From Yuukianura sp. NJ FZ-2021 (Eukaryota), in contig CM102290.1 in the NCBI GenBank assembly GCA_046563655.1, positions 10,788,001 through 10,852,000 on the forward strand: DNA of 64,000 nucleotides, given 5' to 3'. Shown in pieces: positions 63,812-64,000 of this stretch; position 1 is the stretch's first letter, and each line of letters begins with the position of its first letter. The position numbers were made by a program, and so were the translations under genes. A model generated the notes under the pieces. It saw only the letters and a program-made list of their open reading frames with translations. It did no database searches and had not been told where the DNA came from.

Positions 63812-64000
63812 TCAGTTGACATAGTAATAAATGTAAGGTTGGCCTTGACGTTGTCCCGTTCCCGGTCCCTGTCCAAGGAGATCTCGCATTACGTGAGCGC
63901 GATTTCTGGATTCAGTTGAAGTTTGGATGTGAAGAGGAGAACGTGGAGATGGGTAGCTCCGGTAGTTGCAAACTTCTACTGTTGGTATTGGCCGTCGTAA
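63812..64000 (-). CDS. Possible C-terminal coding fragment of a convergent gene running off the window edge
   Basis: The minus frame is open from 64000 for 62 codons (LRRPIPTVEVCNYRSYPSPRSPLHIQ...QGQPYIYYYVN) to TGA at 63812-63814, with coding-like composition. No homology recognised. Confidence 0.35.
   Translation of the reverse strand, partial: LRRPIPTVEVCNYRSYPSPRSPLHIQTSTESRNRAHVMRDLLGQGPGTGQRQGQPYIYYYVN

Overview
This is AT-rich eukaryotic (animal) genomic DNA with GT-AG spliceosomal introns. Short ~70-130 nt introns and scattered TTAGG/CCTAA dimers suggest an arthropod, but that is inference only. By splicing exons by hand I can build four protein-coding genes. (1) A two-exon orphan, very basic K/P/S/R-repeat protein (+, 4201-5657, 457 aa). 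(2) A Pim-family Ser/Thr kinase (-), with six shared exons from 46268 to 32393 and two alternative, phase-compatible first coding exons (48344-48800 and 59542-59608). (3) TMA7/CCDC72 (+, 60953-61481, 64 aa), head-to-head with the distal Pim start. (4) A six-exon ELOVL/GNS1-SUR4 elongase homologue (+, 62048-63407, 311 aa) with an intact reading frame, but with the HxxHH box and other family motifs replaced, making it a candidate pseudo-enzyme. The C-terminus of a convergent gene may enter at the right edge. Between ~6 and ~30 kb there is no recognisable coding gene. That stretch holds motif-dominated patches, nuclear-receptor elements, a possible spliced minus-strand small-peptide or lncRNA transcript, and a ~319-bp palindromic satellite. 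A 12-unit array of conserved ~20-bp cores with variable spacers lies at 51.1-51.6 kb. I found no rRNA, tRNA, CRISPR-Cas or autonomous transposon. All calls come from manual reading; no database searches were run.
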